From a bacterium (GTDB lineage: Bacteria > Armatimonadota > Chthonomonadetes > Chthonomonadales > Chthonomonadaceae), in assembly GCA_021805395.1 (NCBI GenBank), contig JAJZFJ010000244.1, positions 2,543 to 66,542 on the forward strand: 64,000 nt of DNA, given 5' to 3'. The position numbers and the translations under genes are program-made. The notes under the pieces are model-generated. The model had not been told where the DNA came from. It saw only the letters and a program-made list of their open reading frames with translations, and did no database searches. Numbering within the stretch: the stretch's first letter is position 1; the number at the start of each line of letters is the position of its first letter. Shown here piece by piece: positions 1-8,961 of this stretch.

Positions 1-903
1 ATCATCCCAATACCAATTGGGGCTAGTACAGGTGCTAACATTAGGGGAATATGTAAATGACAATGGAGTTACAGCCATTGGCTCAGGTCCAATTGGAGTT
101 GTTACGTTCCAATTACTGTAGTTAGTTCCTGATATTGACCAGTCGCAAGATGAGCATGTAAATCCTCCAGGAAGTTGAAGAGTAGCATTACACAGCTGTC
201 CGGACAAAATCTCATCCTGGCCATTCACTGATGTAACTCCAGACACCACAAGCGGATTGCAAATCGATGCAGAATACCAAACGGTTGCTTGTGATGGTCC
301 AAAAAATGGGCAGGAAGCGAAAGGGGAACAATGAATTGTAATACTGCCATCGGATGCAGGTTTTACAGAACTATATGATGTTCCTTTTGACACCCCAGAA
401 TACATCACAGGGTATGGTCCATATGGAGTTGGAGTACTTGAAGTTTGTTCCGAATTTCCCAACCCATCGTCGCATGAACCATCTTGAACAGGTGAAAACC
501 AGCTTGCATTACATGTCTGTTCTACAATCACAGCATCAGGTGGTGGTGAATTATTAGATCCAGGGTCCCATATAAACTTGACAGTAATATCACCTGAACA
601 GGATGCAGGTCCAGATCCACCTCCGCCATAACCAGGGGTTTGTAAACCATATTTGGTACCTCCTGGAAATTGAAATGTTGTTTGTGTACCGCCAGAATAG
701 ATTGGAGGACCATAAGATCCATTAGTTGGTGGTGATCCAGCATAAGAACATTGTATGGGTAGTAAGAGATACACTAATAAAGCTCTCAGAGAGACTCCAA
801 CTAATGTACGAATTACACGGCATAATAGTAGAGTAACTATCGGAATCCTATCTGATTTAGTTGCAATACTATTGTATGTAGATCTGTTAGGGGGGGGGGG
901 CAA
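1..903 (-). CDS. secreted Cys/Gly/Pro/Ser/Thr-rich protein of unknown function. The C-terminal part lies beyond the left window edge and the start codon is ambiguous
   Basis: Not in the ORF track because it has no ATG and runs off the edge. My minus-strand translation (codon first bases at positions divisible by 3) is open from 921 down to 1: ...IPIVTLLLCRVIRTLVGVSLRALLVYLLLPIQCSYA/GSPPTNGSYGPPIYSGGTQTTFQFPGG...CSGDITVKFIWDPGSNN...CDWSISGTNYSNWN... It has a signal-peptide-like h-region with an A-x-A-like site. The best in-frame start candidate is TTG 903..901, which abuts the C11 run. No family recognised. Confidence 0.5.
   Translation of the reverse strand, partial: MPPPPNRSTYNSIATKSDRIPIVTLLLCRVIRTLVGVSLRALLVYLLLPIQCSYAGSPPTNGSYGPPIYSGGTQTTFQFPGGTKYGLQTPGYGGGGSGPASCSGDITVKFIWDPGSNNSPPPDAVIVEQTCNASWFSPVQDGSCDDGLGNSEQTSSTPTPYGPYPVMYSGVSKGTSYSSVKPASDGSITIHCSPFASCPFFGPSQATVWYSASICNPLVVSGVTSVNGQDEILSGQLCNATLQLPGGFTCSSCDWSISGTNYSNWNVTTPIGPEPMAVTPLSFTYSPNVSTCTSPNWYWDD
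890..900. repeat. homopolymeric G11 tract (C11 on the coding strand, encoding Pro residues)
   Basis: Direct count: g at 890 plus the ten g of block 891-900. It lies between SD AAGGAG (933-938, minus) / TTG 925..923 and the long minus-strand ORF. Confidence 0.95.
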
Positions 904-1309
904 GATGGTAGTTATTAACGTTCAATGCTTTTCTCCTTGTGCCTTCCTCAAATGGCACAAACGGTAATAGAAGGAAGAGATAGAACGGAGAGTGCAATTC
1001 GTTTGCATCTCTCGCATCAATTATAGACTAAATAATTGATATCTGTAAAGGACAATAGAATCTATTTTTGGTTATCCATGACCTCCTTTAGTCATTGGTT
1101 AGCTTGCTTATAAGTACTGCTGGTATGTGTTATTAACCTGATAGCTAACCATCTGCAATTTAAAACAATACTATGGTTTGCAAAGTTCCCGATTTCCAAA
1201 AATTCATTTCTAACAGGCAATCATTATCATAAAGAGTGCATGGCAAGAGCAAAATTAGTCCATACTATAGGCATATAAATCATCGCTGATTGCAAGGAGA
1301 ATAGAAACT

Positions 1310-2236
1310 ATGACACAGGGATATATTAATACTGGTCTGCCATTGAATACTTTAGGCAGGACTGGCATTGAAGTGACTAAGTTGGGCTACGGTGCAATGG
1401 AAGTTCGAGGTACTCGTATATGGGGCGGGCGACCCGTAACCGATGAGGAGGCGGGTGCCATCCTTAACAGTGTGCTGGATGCAGGCATAAACTTTATCGA
1501 TACTGCAAACGACTATGGCAGGAGTGAAGAGTATATAGGCCGTTTCCTGTCCCACCGTCGGGCTGAGTTCACACTGGCCACCAAGTGTGGCTGCACGGTG
1601 GTTCGCAAGGATGACACCACGGACGAGACCCCTCACGTATGGACTCGCGAGAACCTGTTTCGTGGTCTGCATGAGAGTTTGGAGCGCATGAAGACAGACC
1701 ATGTGGACCTGATCCAGCTCCATAATCCCTCGGTAGAGCAGTGTGAGCAGGGTGATCTGGTTGCTGTGCTTCAGGAGATGAAGCAGCAGGGCAAGGTTCG
1801 ATGGATTGGCTGCTCCTCCACAGAGCCTCACCTCTCTGTTTACATTGGCTGGGGTGTTTTCGACGCCTTTCAAATTCCCTACTCGGCTTTAGAGAGACAG
1901 CATGAGGAGCTGATCCAGAAGGCCGCCGATGCTGGGGCGGGGGTGATTGTACGAGGTGGCGTGGCGCGTGGTGAGCCGGGTGAAGGGATGGGTAACCAGG
2001 ACCGGTGGGGCTTCTGGGAGAAGGCAGGGCTGGATGAACTGCTGGAGGAGGGTGAGTCGCGTACACAGTTTCTGCTTCGTTTCACCAATTCGCATCCTGG
2101 AATGCATACAAACATCGTGGGCACTAAAAACCCGAATCATCTTCAGATGAATGTGGAAGCGGCAATGAGGGGCGCGCTATCCCCAGAGGTTTATGCAGAA
2201 GCTAAACGCAGATTAGATGCAGCGAATGTCTCCTGA
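1310..2236 (+). CDS. aldo/keto reductase family oxidoreductase
   Basis: 308 aa. Motifs LGYGAMEVRG, INFIDTANDYGRSEEYIG, TKCG and DLIQLHNP are typical of AKRs. AAGGAG-like SD (caaggagaatagaaactATG). Confidence 0.9.
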   Translation: MTQGYINTGLPLNTLGRTGIEVTKLGYGAMEVRGTRIWGGRPVTDEEAGAILNSVLDAGINFIDTANDYGRSEEYIGRFLSHRRAEFTLATKCGCTVVRKDDTTDETPHVWTRENLFRGLHESLERMKTDHVDLIQLHNPSVEQCEQGDLVAVLQEMKQQGKVRWIGCSSTEPHLSVYIGWGVFDAFQIPYSALERQHEELIQKAADAGAGVIVRGGVARGEPGEGMGNQDRWGFWEKAGLDELLEEGESRTQFLLRFTNSHPGMHTNIVGTKNPNHLQMNVEAAMRGALSPEVYAEAKRRLDAANVS

Positions 2237-2786
2237 AAGTTTCGATTCTAACAGGCATGAAGAAGAAGCCTCCTGCCTTTTCATGCGACGCCCAGATCTA
2301 ACGGGACTCCCTTTGCCAATGGAGCTGCCGACAGCCTATTTCTGGAGAGAGTATTCTCAGGGGGATCTGGATTCTCTGGCAAAACTGCTGGGAGATGCGT
2401 TTGAGGACTCTTCCTGGACACCCGACAAGGTAATGGATGAGCTTATTCTGCCAGATAACATCACCACGTATGTGGTCGCTCATCATTCGCGAGTGGTAGC
2501 GACAGCTTCAGCCAGGATATCACCTGTAGAGTTTCCCGGTTCAGGCTATCTTCACTGGGTGGCAGTGTCTCCAAATCATAGAGGCATGAAACTTGGAATC
2601 GCAGTTACCGTAGGAGTATTGAATGCATTCATGGCAATGGGCTGTAAGGATGCCGTACTTGAAACACAGGATTTCCGGCTGCCTGCAATCAAAACGTATC
2701 TGAAGCTTGGCTTTCAAGCGGAGCACAGGGTTGGTTCTCATCTGAAGCGCTGGATAGATGTCAACATTGCACTTGGCATGATGTGA
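2217..2786 (+). CDS. GNAT family N-acetyltransferase (start uncertain)
   Basis: C-terminal half carries the GNAT acetyl-CoA fold pattern (YLHWVAVSPNHRGMKLGIAV...AIKTYLKLGF). ATG 2217 overlaps the AKR gene by 20 nt. Alternative starts are 2283 (MRRPDL) and 2319 (MELPTAYFW). None has a clear SD. Confidence 0.75.
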   Translation: MQRMSPESFDSNRHEEEASCLFMRRPDLTGLPLPMELPTAYFWREYSQGDLDSLAKLLGDAFEDSSWTPDKVMDELILPDNITTYVVAHHSRVVATASARISPVEFPGSGYLHWVAVSPNHRGMKLGIAVTVGVLNAFMAMGCKDAVLETQDFRLPAIKTYLKLGFQAEHRVGSHLKRWIDVNIALGMM

Positions 2787-2863
2787 TTTCTTAATATTGA
2801 TTATGTGAAATAGCCTGTTTCGAATGCATCCAGAGAGTTGTATATGGTGGATAAGGAGACAAG

Positions 2864-3439
2864 ATGATGCAGACTGATATAAACAATATAACACTCTTAT
2901 TATGGATTGCAGTAATCATTCTCTGGGTAGTTAGATCATTTGGCAACAAGGCTACTCTTAGAAAACTGCCCAAACAGATGAAAATTCAATATGTTGCAAG
3001 TATAGCGGCTGTTGTTATTGTGTACATCGCTGCAGTTCATAATAATATTCTTAATAAGCATTTTCTGCCCCAATCCGTTCCTGTCTCTCTATTTGGCTTT
3101 ATATTAACCGCGCTGGGTTTAGGTTTGGCAGTTTGGGCGAGATTCTTTCTCGGATCTAACTGGAGTGCCAACCCCACTGTGAAGATGGATCACAATTTAA
3201 TTATTGAAGGACCATACAGATTTGTGCGTCATCCAATTTATGCTGGATTTCTTCTTGCGATTCTAGGTACCGCGTTTGAACAAACCCAAACTCGCTCCCT
3301 GCTGCTGTTTATCTTTCTGTTTATAAGCTTCGTAGTAAAAGCACGTATAGAGGAGAAATTAATGATAGAGACATTTGGCAGTCAGTATAAAGAGTATATG
3401 CGTAATGTGAAGGGCATAGTTCCGTATTTGTGGTGGTAA
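2864..3439 (+). CDS. isoprenylcysteine carboxyl methyltransferase (ICMT/PEMT-like) family membrane protein
   Basis: 191 aa, multi-TM, with signature GPYRFVRHPIYAGFLL. SD AAGGAG lies 5 nt upstream of the ATG. Confidence 0.85.
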   Translation: MMQTDINNITLLLWIAVIILWVVRSFGNKATLRKLPKQMKIQYVASIAAVVIVYIAAVHNNILNKHFLPQSVPVSLFGFILTALGLGLAVWARFFLGSNWSANPTVKMDHNLIIEGPYRFVRHPIYAGFLLAILGTAFEQTQTRSLLLFIFLFISFVVKARIEEKLMIETFGSQYKEYMRNVKGIVPYLWW

Positions 3440-3501
3440 GATCAGTCCCTGAATGGGTGTCATCGTACTGAACGCGAAAGATCTGTCTTCGAATTTGGCT
3501 G

Positions 3502-4440
3502 CTACGAGGTTAGAACTCCATGGGGCAGCACTGCATGCACACCACAAAGCTTATTTACCACTTGGGTAATCCGCAGATCTACCACGAGACTCGCGAGCAT
3601 GAGTGCCTCTGTCCTCTTCAGATGATGAAGTTCATCCATGAGCTGTAACATGGAGTCCAGGGCTAAGACTGTTGCTTCGTTCAGATCTTCATGAAAGCCA
3701 AATGTCAGCCAGCCTGATGGAGTGTTTGCACGAGGCAGGCTTAGCTGTTTGTTCTCATGCAGTACAAACTCAAGTTCAACCTGTTCCATAGGGCATTCCA
3801 GTGCTACGCCAGAGACCTCGCCATCTCCCTGAACAGCGTGACCATCGCCCACTGAGAAAAGGCCCCCCGGTACAGCAATTGGCAGGAAAAGGCTGCTGTT
3901 TTCCACTAACTCCTTACAGTCTATATTCCCACCCGTATGGCGAGGAGGTGTCGTCGAAAGGATACCTGGCTCGTCAGCAGGCATTCCCATTAATCCCATA
4001 AATGGCTTCAGCTTTAAAGTATGACCATCAGCCGAGTAGGCAGCATTTTTGACAAGATCAATTTTCCATGCAGTGAACAATCGAGGCATGCCTGATACTT
4101 CCAGGCGGTCATTAACGGGGCTTGGAAAGCCTCCACCAATTGACCAGCCCCAATTAGCAGGTACTACTTTTCTAATTTTTATCTCTAATACCATGCCAGG
4201 CAAAGCACCTCTAATGAATATGGGGCCACACAGTGCGTGCCCAATATCGAAATCTGGATGACGGTCTGGAAATTTATCTTTCGGGTTAAACGGGTCCTCC
4301 TGTTCCATTAACCACCAGCCTGCATCCAGAGTTTTGTAGGTAACAATATCCCCGGAATCGATTGTAAGTACAGGCTTCATCTCACGCGAAAAATGTCCAT
4401 GAAGATTGGTTCTTGTTGGAAGAATATGGTGATGTGTCAT
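3502..4440 (-). CDS. acetamidase/formamidase family protein
   Basis: 312 aa. Motifs CGPIFIRGALPGMVLEIKI and TGGNIDCKEL...LFLPIAVPGGLFSVGDGHAVQGDGEVSG match the FmdA/AmdA family pattern. Confidence 0.85.
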   Translation of the reverse strand: MTHHHILPTRTNLHGHFSREMKPVLTIDSGDIVTYKTLDAGWWLMEQEDPFNPKDKFPDRHPDFDIGHALCGPIFIRGALPGMVLEIKIRKVVPANWGWSIGGGFPSPVNDRLEVSGMPRLFTAWKIDLVKNAAYSADGHTLKLKPFMGLMGMPADEPGILSTTPPRHTGGNIDCKELVENSSLFLPIAVPGGLFSVGDGHAVQGDGEVSGVALECPMEQVELEFVLHENKQLSLPRANTPSGWLTFGFHEDLNEATVLALDSMLQLMDELHHLKRTEALMLASLVVDLRITQVVNKLCGVHAVLPHGVLTS

Positions 4441-5570
4441 TGTGGTGTGGAAGGGTTATTTTCTGCACCGGGTGGAGCTGTGTAGGGAGGGAGCGTGTTA
4501 TCGAGTGCCTCTTTCACGTAGATACCAAAGTATGAAGTAGGCGTATAGTTCCAGTCGTTGATAAGGTCAGGGCTGGCTGATGGATGCATGTCCCATGCAG
4601 TCCAGTTCCAGTGATGCGATTCGAGTGCCTGCAATACTTCACGGATCCATATAAAGTTCGTATTGCTTGGAGGGTTAGGATTTGCTCCAAACTCGCTGAC
4701 GATAACAGGGATTTTCGCCGTGGCTGTCTTCATCTCTTTAAGCCATTGGGCAAAGGTCTCCCCTTTGAAAGGATAGTTATGGTTTGCATATATGACACCG
4801 TTGCCATTGGGGTCTGAAAGCTGATATCCGTTCAAGAATCCAGTCATGTCGTAAGCCCAGTTAATCCCACCTGCAACAACCACATTTTTGGCTCCTGTGC
4901 TCCTAACGGCATTAAGAAGCGTCTGCATACCCACTGCTCTGTAGGTCATGCTTTTACCTGTCTTTCTGTCATTTTCAGTGACAGGGCCGCCATATTTCCA
5001 TACTTGCCAACTGATGTCATGAGGCTCATTATAGAGGTCAAACAGGACTCCAGGATAGTTCCTGTATACCCGGGCGAAACTCTTCCAGAATGCAAGGGTA
5101 TTCTTGTCCGGCATCTTATGCTGACCTATCTGATTACCCCATACACCTTCGTCTGACCAGTGCATGTCCAGGATGATGTAACTTCCAAGAGAGTTACAGG
5201 TATGCACAATCTTCTGGATGAGTGTGCGGTAATGTTTGCCCTTAAACTGCTGGCCACGCGCTTTGCCAAACCATCTGTCCTGAGAAAGAGGTAGACGTAT
5301 GATGTTGGCATGCCAATCCTTAACTGCAACATGAATGGTTGTAAGGATATGCCCCTGCCCATCACTTGTCCATTCCATACTGGCGGCATCTACTCCTCTC
5401 AGCCATACAGGCTGGTTGTTGCTATTCATTACCTGAGTGCCCTGAATATGAAGCGGCAGAGGTAGTGCTGCATTTGCCGGGAGAGGAGAGCTTATTGTGC
5501 TCCCAAGCAGGTATGTACTTGTAACTACTCTTTGCAGGATTGTGAAAGTATGGGAAAACCGTTTAAGCAT
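4437..5570 (-). CDS. secreted glycoside hydrolase family 5 (cellulase family)
   Basis: 377 aa with an N-terminal signal-like segment. Catalytic acid/base context DLYNEPHD and nucleophile context VSEFG, plus HWSDEG. Its stop overlaps the start of the downstream gene (ATGA at 4437-4440). Confidence 0.85.
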   Translation of the reverse strand: MLKRFSHTFTILQRVVTSTYLLGSTISSPLPANAALPLPLHIQGTQVMNSNNQPVWLRGVDAASMEWTSDGQGHILTTIHVAVKDWHANIIRLPLSQDRWFGKARGQQFKGKHYRTLIQKIVHTCNSLGSYIILDMHWSDEGVWGNQIGQHKMPDKNTLAFWKSFARVYRNYPGVLFDLYNEPHDISWQVWKYGGPVTENDRKTGKSMTYRAVGMQTLLNAVRSTGAKNVVVAGGINWAYDMTGFLNGYQLSDPNGNGVIYANHNYPFKGETFAQWLKEMKTATAKIPVIVSEFGANPNPPSNTNFIWIREVLQALESHHWNWTAWDMHPSASPDLINDWNYTPTSYFGIYVKEALDNTLPPYTAPPGAENNPSTPQ

Positions 5571-5931
5571 CTCTTCTCTGCTCCTTCTTCTACAGTGAAA
5601 TGACGAGGAGACCTCGGATACCGTCGCATGGATTATGTAAATTTATTCAGGTAGACAGTGTATGCAAGCCATTCAGCAATTTGTAAAGCGGCTTCCAACT
5701 TTGCTGGGGCAGCACTATGTAACTAGAGTATACATCAGGTTCAATGAGATATGACGGAATTCATCCTCAATTGTGTTACGGTTCACTTTTCGATTGGTTT
5801 GCTAATTCTGAATATCTCATGAAACCTTAATATATCCTTAATTATTTGCACTGCATAATCTATTGGAACTGCCATACTCATTCGACTTTGTATGAGCTGG
5901 CGGATATTCATATGATATCAGGAGGACCTCG

Positions 5932-8655
5932 ATGCGAGGACGCATACTTGCTATTGGAGTGATACTTGGGCTGCTACTTTCCAATCCCGGCATCTGCTCC
6001 CAGCCCGTCTATTTACATGCACCTTCGGTGAACTCTTATGCCGATTTAAACCCTGCTGGCACTACCATTCTGCCTACAGGACGACTGTTGCAGCCAGATG
6101 GACGCTCGATGCCTGTGGCGAAATGGCCACACGGACTTGCAATCAGCCCGGATGGTAAAACTGCCTATGTATCCAGTGGGGTGCCTGGAGAGTTCATCTA
6201 CAACTGGGCTAGTGCAAACCCGATGGTTAAAACAGTTATTCCAACCCATAAGTCGGAGGGTGGATCTGCGGTATTCTCTCCAGACGGCAAATACCTTTAC
6301 AGAGCAGCGGGAGACGATGGCGGGATCTACAAGTTTGATGTGGCTACTGGTGCGGAGACAGCCTTCTATACAATCAATGGCGATGTGAATGGCAGCAGAT
6401 ATTCCAACAGTGTAACCCAGTGCATTCGCTTAAGTGCCGATGGGTCCACCCTCTATTGTGCAGATGTGGCTAACTTCCGCCTGGTAACTCTCAACGCTTA
6501 CACAGGTAAGCTTCTAGGTTCCGTTAAAGTTGGCTACTATCCATATGCCCTCGCTGTTGCTGGAAACAGGGTTTATGTTGCCAATATTGGAATGTTCCGA
6601 TATCATCTCGTACCCAAAGCCCCAGCTGGGTATCCTCAACGCGGCCTTACACACCCTCCTTTTGGAGTACCGTCCAGGCAGGCCAGATCAGGAGTCAATA
6701 TGGAGGGGCGCGATGTTCCCGGGCTAAATGATCCCAATGCGATAGCCACCTACTCAGTTTGGGGCGTGGATGTCTCTAACCCTTCCAGCCTGAAGGTAGT
6801 TGAGCGTGTGAAAACAGGTGTTCCTGTTGGACAGAGTGTTGACGGTAGAAAGGCGATTGGAGGCAGTGCACCGAACTTTCTGCTGGCATACGGTCATACT
6901 ATCTATATCTCGGATAATAATGATGACCTGATAGAGCAGCTAGATACCCGGACAGGTGAAATAGTACATCGCACTCTCATTTCACCCTCACCACTGGTGG
7001 CAAAGCTGCGAGGAGTTGAGCCTGCAGGAATGGCTATCTCACCTGATGGTTCCAGACTATATATTGCTGAGATCGGCATTAATGCCATTGGAGTGATGGA
7101 CACACATACTGGCGAAATAGTTGGTCAGATCCCTACAGCATGGTACCCATACAGAGTTGGAATCTCAAAAGATGGATCCCATCTGTGTGTAATCTGCTTC
7201 AGAGGTTATGGTTATGGGCCGAATGCAGGTCTGGAAAAGCCAAACAGTCCATACCTTGGCATGATGGGTTCGTTTACAAGCCTGCCTACGCCTACTGACT
7301 CTGCTCTGAAAGAGCTTACTCAGAGGGTATTGATATGCAATGGCTTTATAAACAGGATTGCCGATCTCCCCTCAATGGAATCTCCTGTAATCCCCACAAC
7401 CCCAGGTGTGAAGTCACCAGATATCCGCACGGTTGTGTTCATCCTAAAAGAGAATCACACATACGATACAATATTTGATCATATCCCTGGTGCAAGATCG
7501 GATCCCTCTCTACTACGGTGGGGATTACACCAGGACATATCAGCTCCTGGCGAGCCTACTTTACATGATGTGCCGGTAATGGTTAATCATAATGCCCTTG
7601 CAAGAGAGTTTACGGTGAGTGACAACTACTATATGATGCCCGAGATGTCTGGTATGGGGCACAGATGGCTCGTGGATGTTAAGCCCAATAACTGGTGCCA
7701 GATGCTCTATACTCTCGGGTGGAACTGGATGCCAGACAACCGCGCTCCCGGAAGACTGGTGCCATTTGATTCCAATGCAGGTATGGCGCCAGAAGACTAT
7801 CCTGAGGCAGGATCGATGTGGGATCACCTTGCAAATCATGGAATCACGTTCAGGAATTATGGAGAAGGTTTTGAGTTTGCCGGCGTGCTTGAGGATGATA
7901 AGGAAGCACCCACCGGGGCACGCGAGACAGTAAACATACCTATGGAGAAGTGCCTGTTTGACAACACATGCTTCGGGTTTCCACTATTCAACATGAATAT
8001 TCCCGACCAGTACCGAGCACACTGGTTTGAAAAAGATATCACAACAAACTACCTAAACAAAGGCAAACCTATGCCTCAGTTCCTGTGTGTGGATCTATGT
8101 AACGACCATGGCACCGATCCCAATCCCAAACGTGGATATCCTTATGTTGCTTCCTGGATGGCAGATGACGACCTGGCTCTTGGCAGAATCGTTGACTTTC
8201 TTTCGCATACACCAGAGTGGAAACATATGGCGATCTTCGTAACCGAAGACGACTCTGGTGGTGAGCCAGACCATGTGGATAGATGCCGTGGAGTTGAGTT
8301 GATCATTTCGCCCTGGGTGAAGAGACACTATGTGAGCCACAGGCATACTACCATCGTAAGTATGCATCGCACAATGTATGAGATCTTCGGTCTTGGTCCG
8401 TTGAATATCGATGATGCAGTTAGCAACGATTTTTCTGACTGTTTCACAACCCATCCCGATTTCACACCTTATAACGTTCTACCTGTTGATCCTCAAATTT
8501 TCGATCCGGCGAAAGCAGTTATACCAGGCGATCCTGACTATGCAGATGCCAGGCTCATGCCATCAATAACGATGGATAATCCTGTTACCGAAGCTTATGT
8601 AGATAATCATCCTGGCAGCAAACCTGCCAAAAAGATTGAGAAACGAGTGAACTAG
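5932..8655 (+). CDS. secreted bifunctional-type protein: N-terminal YncE/YVTN-like beta-propeller plus C-terminal phosphoesterase (PLC/AcpA family) domain
   Basis: 907 aa with a signal peptide (ILAIGVILGLLLSNPGICS). Repeated SPDG..LY blades (ISPDGKTAYV, FSPDGKYLY, LSADGSTLY, ISPDGSRLYI, ISKDGSHLCV). Phosphoesterase signatures VVFILKENHTYD and FVTEDDSGGEPDHVD. Confidence 0.7.
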   Translation: MRGRILAIGVILGLLLSNPGICSQPVYLHAPSVNSYADLNPAGTTILPTGRLLQPDGRSMPVAKWPHGLAISPDGKTAYVSSGVPGEFIYNWASANPMVKTVIPTHKSEGGSAVFSPDGKYLYRAAGDDGGIYKFDVATGAETAFYTINGDVNGSRYSNSVTQCIRLSADGSTLYCADVANFRLVTLNAYTGKLLGSVKVGYYPYALAVAGNRVYVANIGMFRYHLVPKAPAGYPQRGLTHPPFGVPSRQARSGVNMEGRDVPGLNDPNAIATYSVWGVDVSNPSSLKVVERVKTGVPVGQSVDGRKAIGGSAPNFLLAYGHTIYISDNNDDLIEQLDTRTGEIVHRTLISPSPLVAKLRGVEPAGMAISPDGSRLYIAEIGINAIGVMDTHTGEIVGQIPTAWYPYRVGISKDGSHLCVICFRGYGYGPNAGLEKPNSPYLGMMGSFTSLPTPTDSALKELTQRVLICNGFINRIADLPSMESPVIPTTPGVKSPDIRTVVFILKENHTYDTIFDHIPGARSDPSLLRWGLHQDISAPGEPTLHDVPVMVNHNALAREFTVSDNYYMMPEMSGMGHRWLVDVKPNNWCQMLYTLGWNWMPDNRAPGRLVPFDSNAGMAPEDYPEAGSMWDHLANHGITFRNYGEGFEFAGVLEDDKEAPTGARETVNIPMEKCLFDNTCFGFPLFNMNIPDQYRAHWFEKDITTNYLNKGKPMPQFLCVDLCNDHGTDPNPKRGYPYVASWMADDDLALGRIVDFLSHTPEWKHMAIFVTEDDSGGEPDHVDRCRGVELIISPWVKRHYVSHRHTTIVSMHRTMYEIFGLGPLNIDDAVSNDFSDCFTTHPDFTPYNVLPVDPQIFDPAKAVIPGDPDYADARLMPSITMDNPVTEAYVDNHPGSKPAKKIEKRVN

Positions 8656-8796
8656 TCATCTTAAGGGATGAGATATCCAGTTATGCGAAGGTATTGAAAA
8701 AACAGGCTTATCATACATGGCAGCATGAATGGTAAGCCTGCAGTTTTATGAATATACAAACATAACTCATTGGTTACAGTATGGTAGACTTAAGCT

Positions 8797-8925
8797 ATGA
8801 CATCCCCAGTTAACAGACAGGTGGAACAAGTTAAGAAGCAGCGCATAAATAACCAGCAGACTATAATTGGGCTGGTGGTGGCAGCAGTTGTTGCAGTCGC
8901 AATCACACTCCCTCTTCGCAACTGA
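8797..8925 (+). CDS. possible 42-aa tail-anchored small membrane protein (speculative)
   Basis: My translation: MTSPVNRQVEQVKKQRINNQQTIIGLVVAAVVAVAITLPLRN. A charged N-terminus is followed by one clean TM helix, and it sits directly upstream of the TPR gene. No convincing SD, and it competes with an antisense 65-aa ORF (8790..8987). Confidence 0.25.
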   Translation: MTSPVNRQVEQVKKQRINNQQTIIGLVVAAVVAVAITLPLRN

Positions 8926-8961
8926 CTCCAAACAAATACCAATAAACTGAGAAACTCAAGC

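Noticed and set aside
755-967. 70-aa plus-strand ORF spanning the poly-G tract (translates ...LLGGGGKMVV...)
   Set aside because: No SD and no recognisable features. The opposite strand carries a much longer open frame with a signal-peptide-like start, so this is most likely a shadow ORF.
988-1013. Imperfect hairpin GAGAGTGCAA-ttcgt-TTGCA(T)CTCTC about 50 nt upstream of the SD of the first gene
   Set aside because: It is short and bulged, with no U-tract or known motif. Noted only as possible 5'-UTR structure.
1352-2150. Cluster of antisense or alternative-frame ORFs inside the aldo/keto reductase gene (173, 165, 81, 83 and 67 aa)
   Set aside because: They fully overlap a gene with clear family motifs. 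They have Pro/Arg/Ser-rich low-complexity translations typical of off-frame reading of GC-richer coding DNA.
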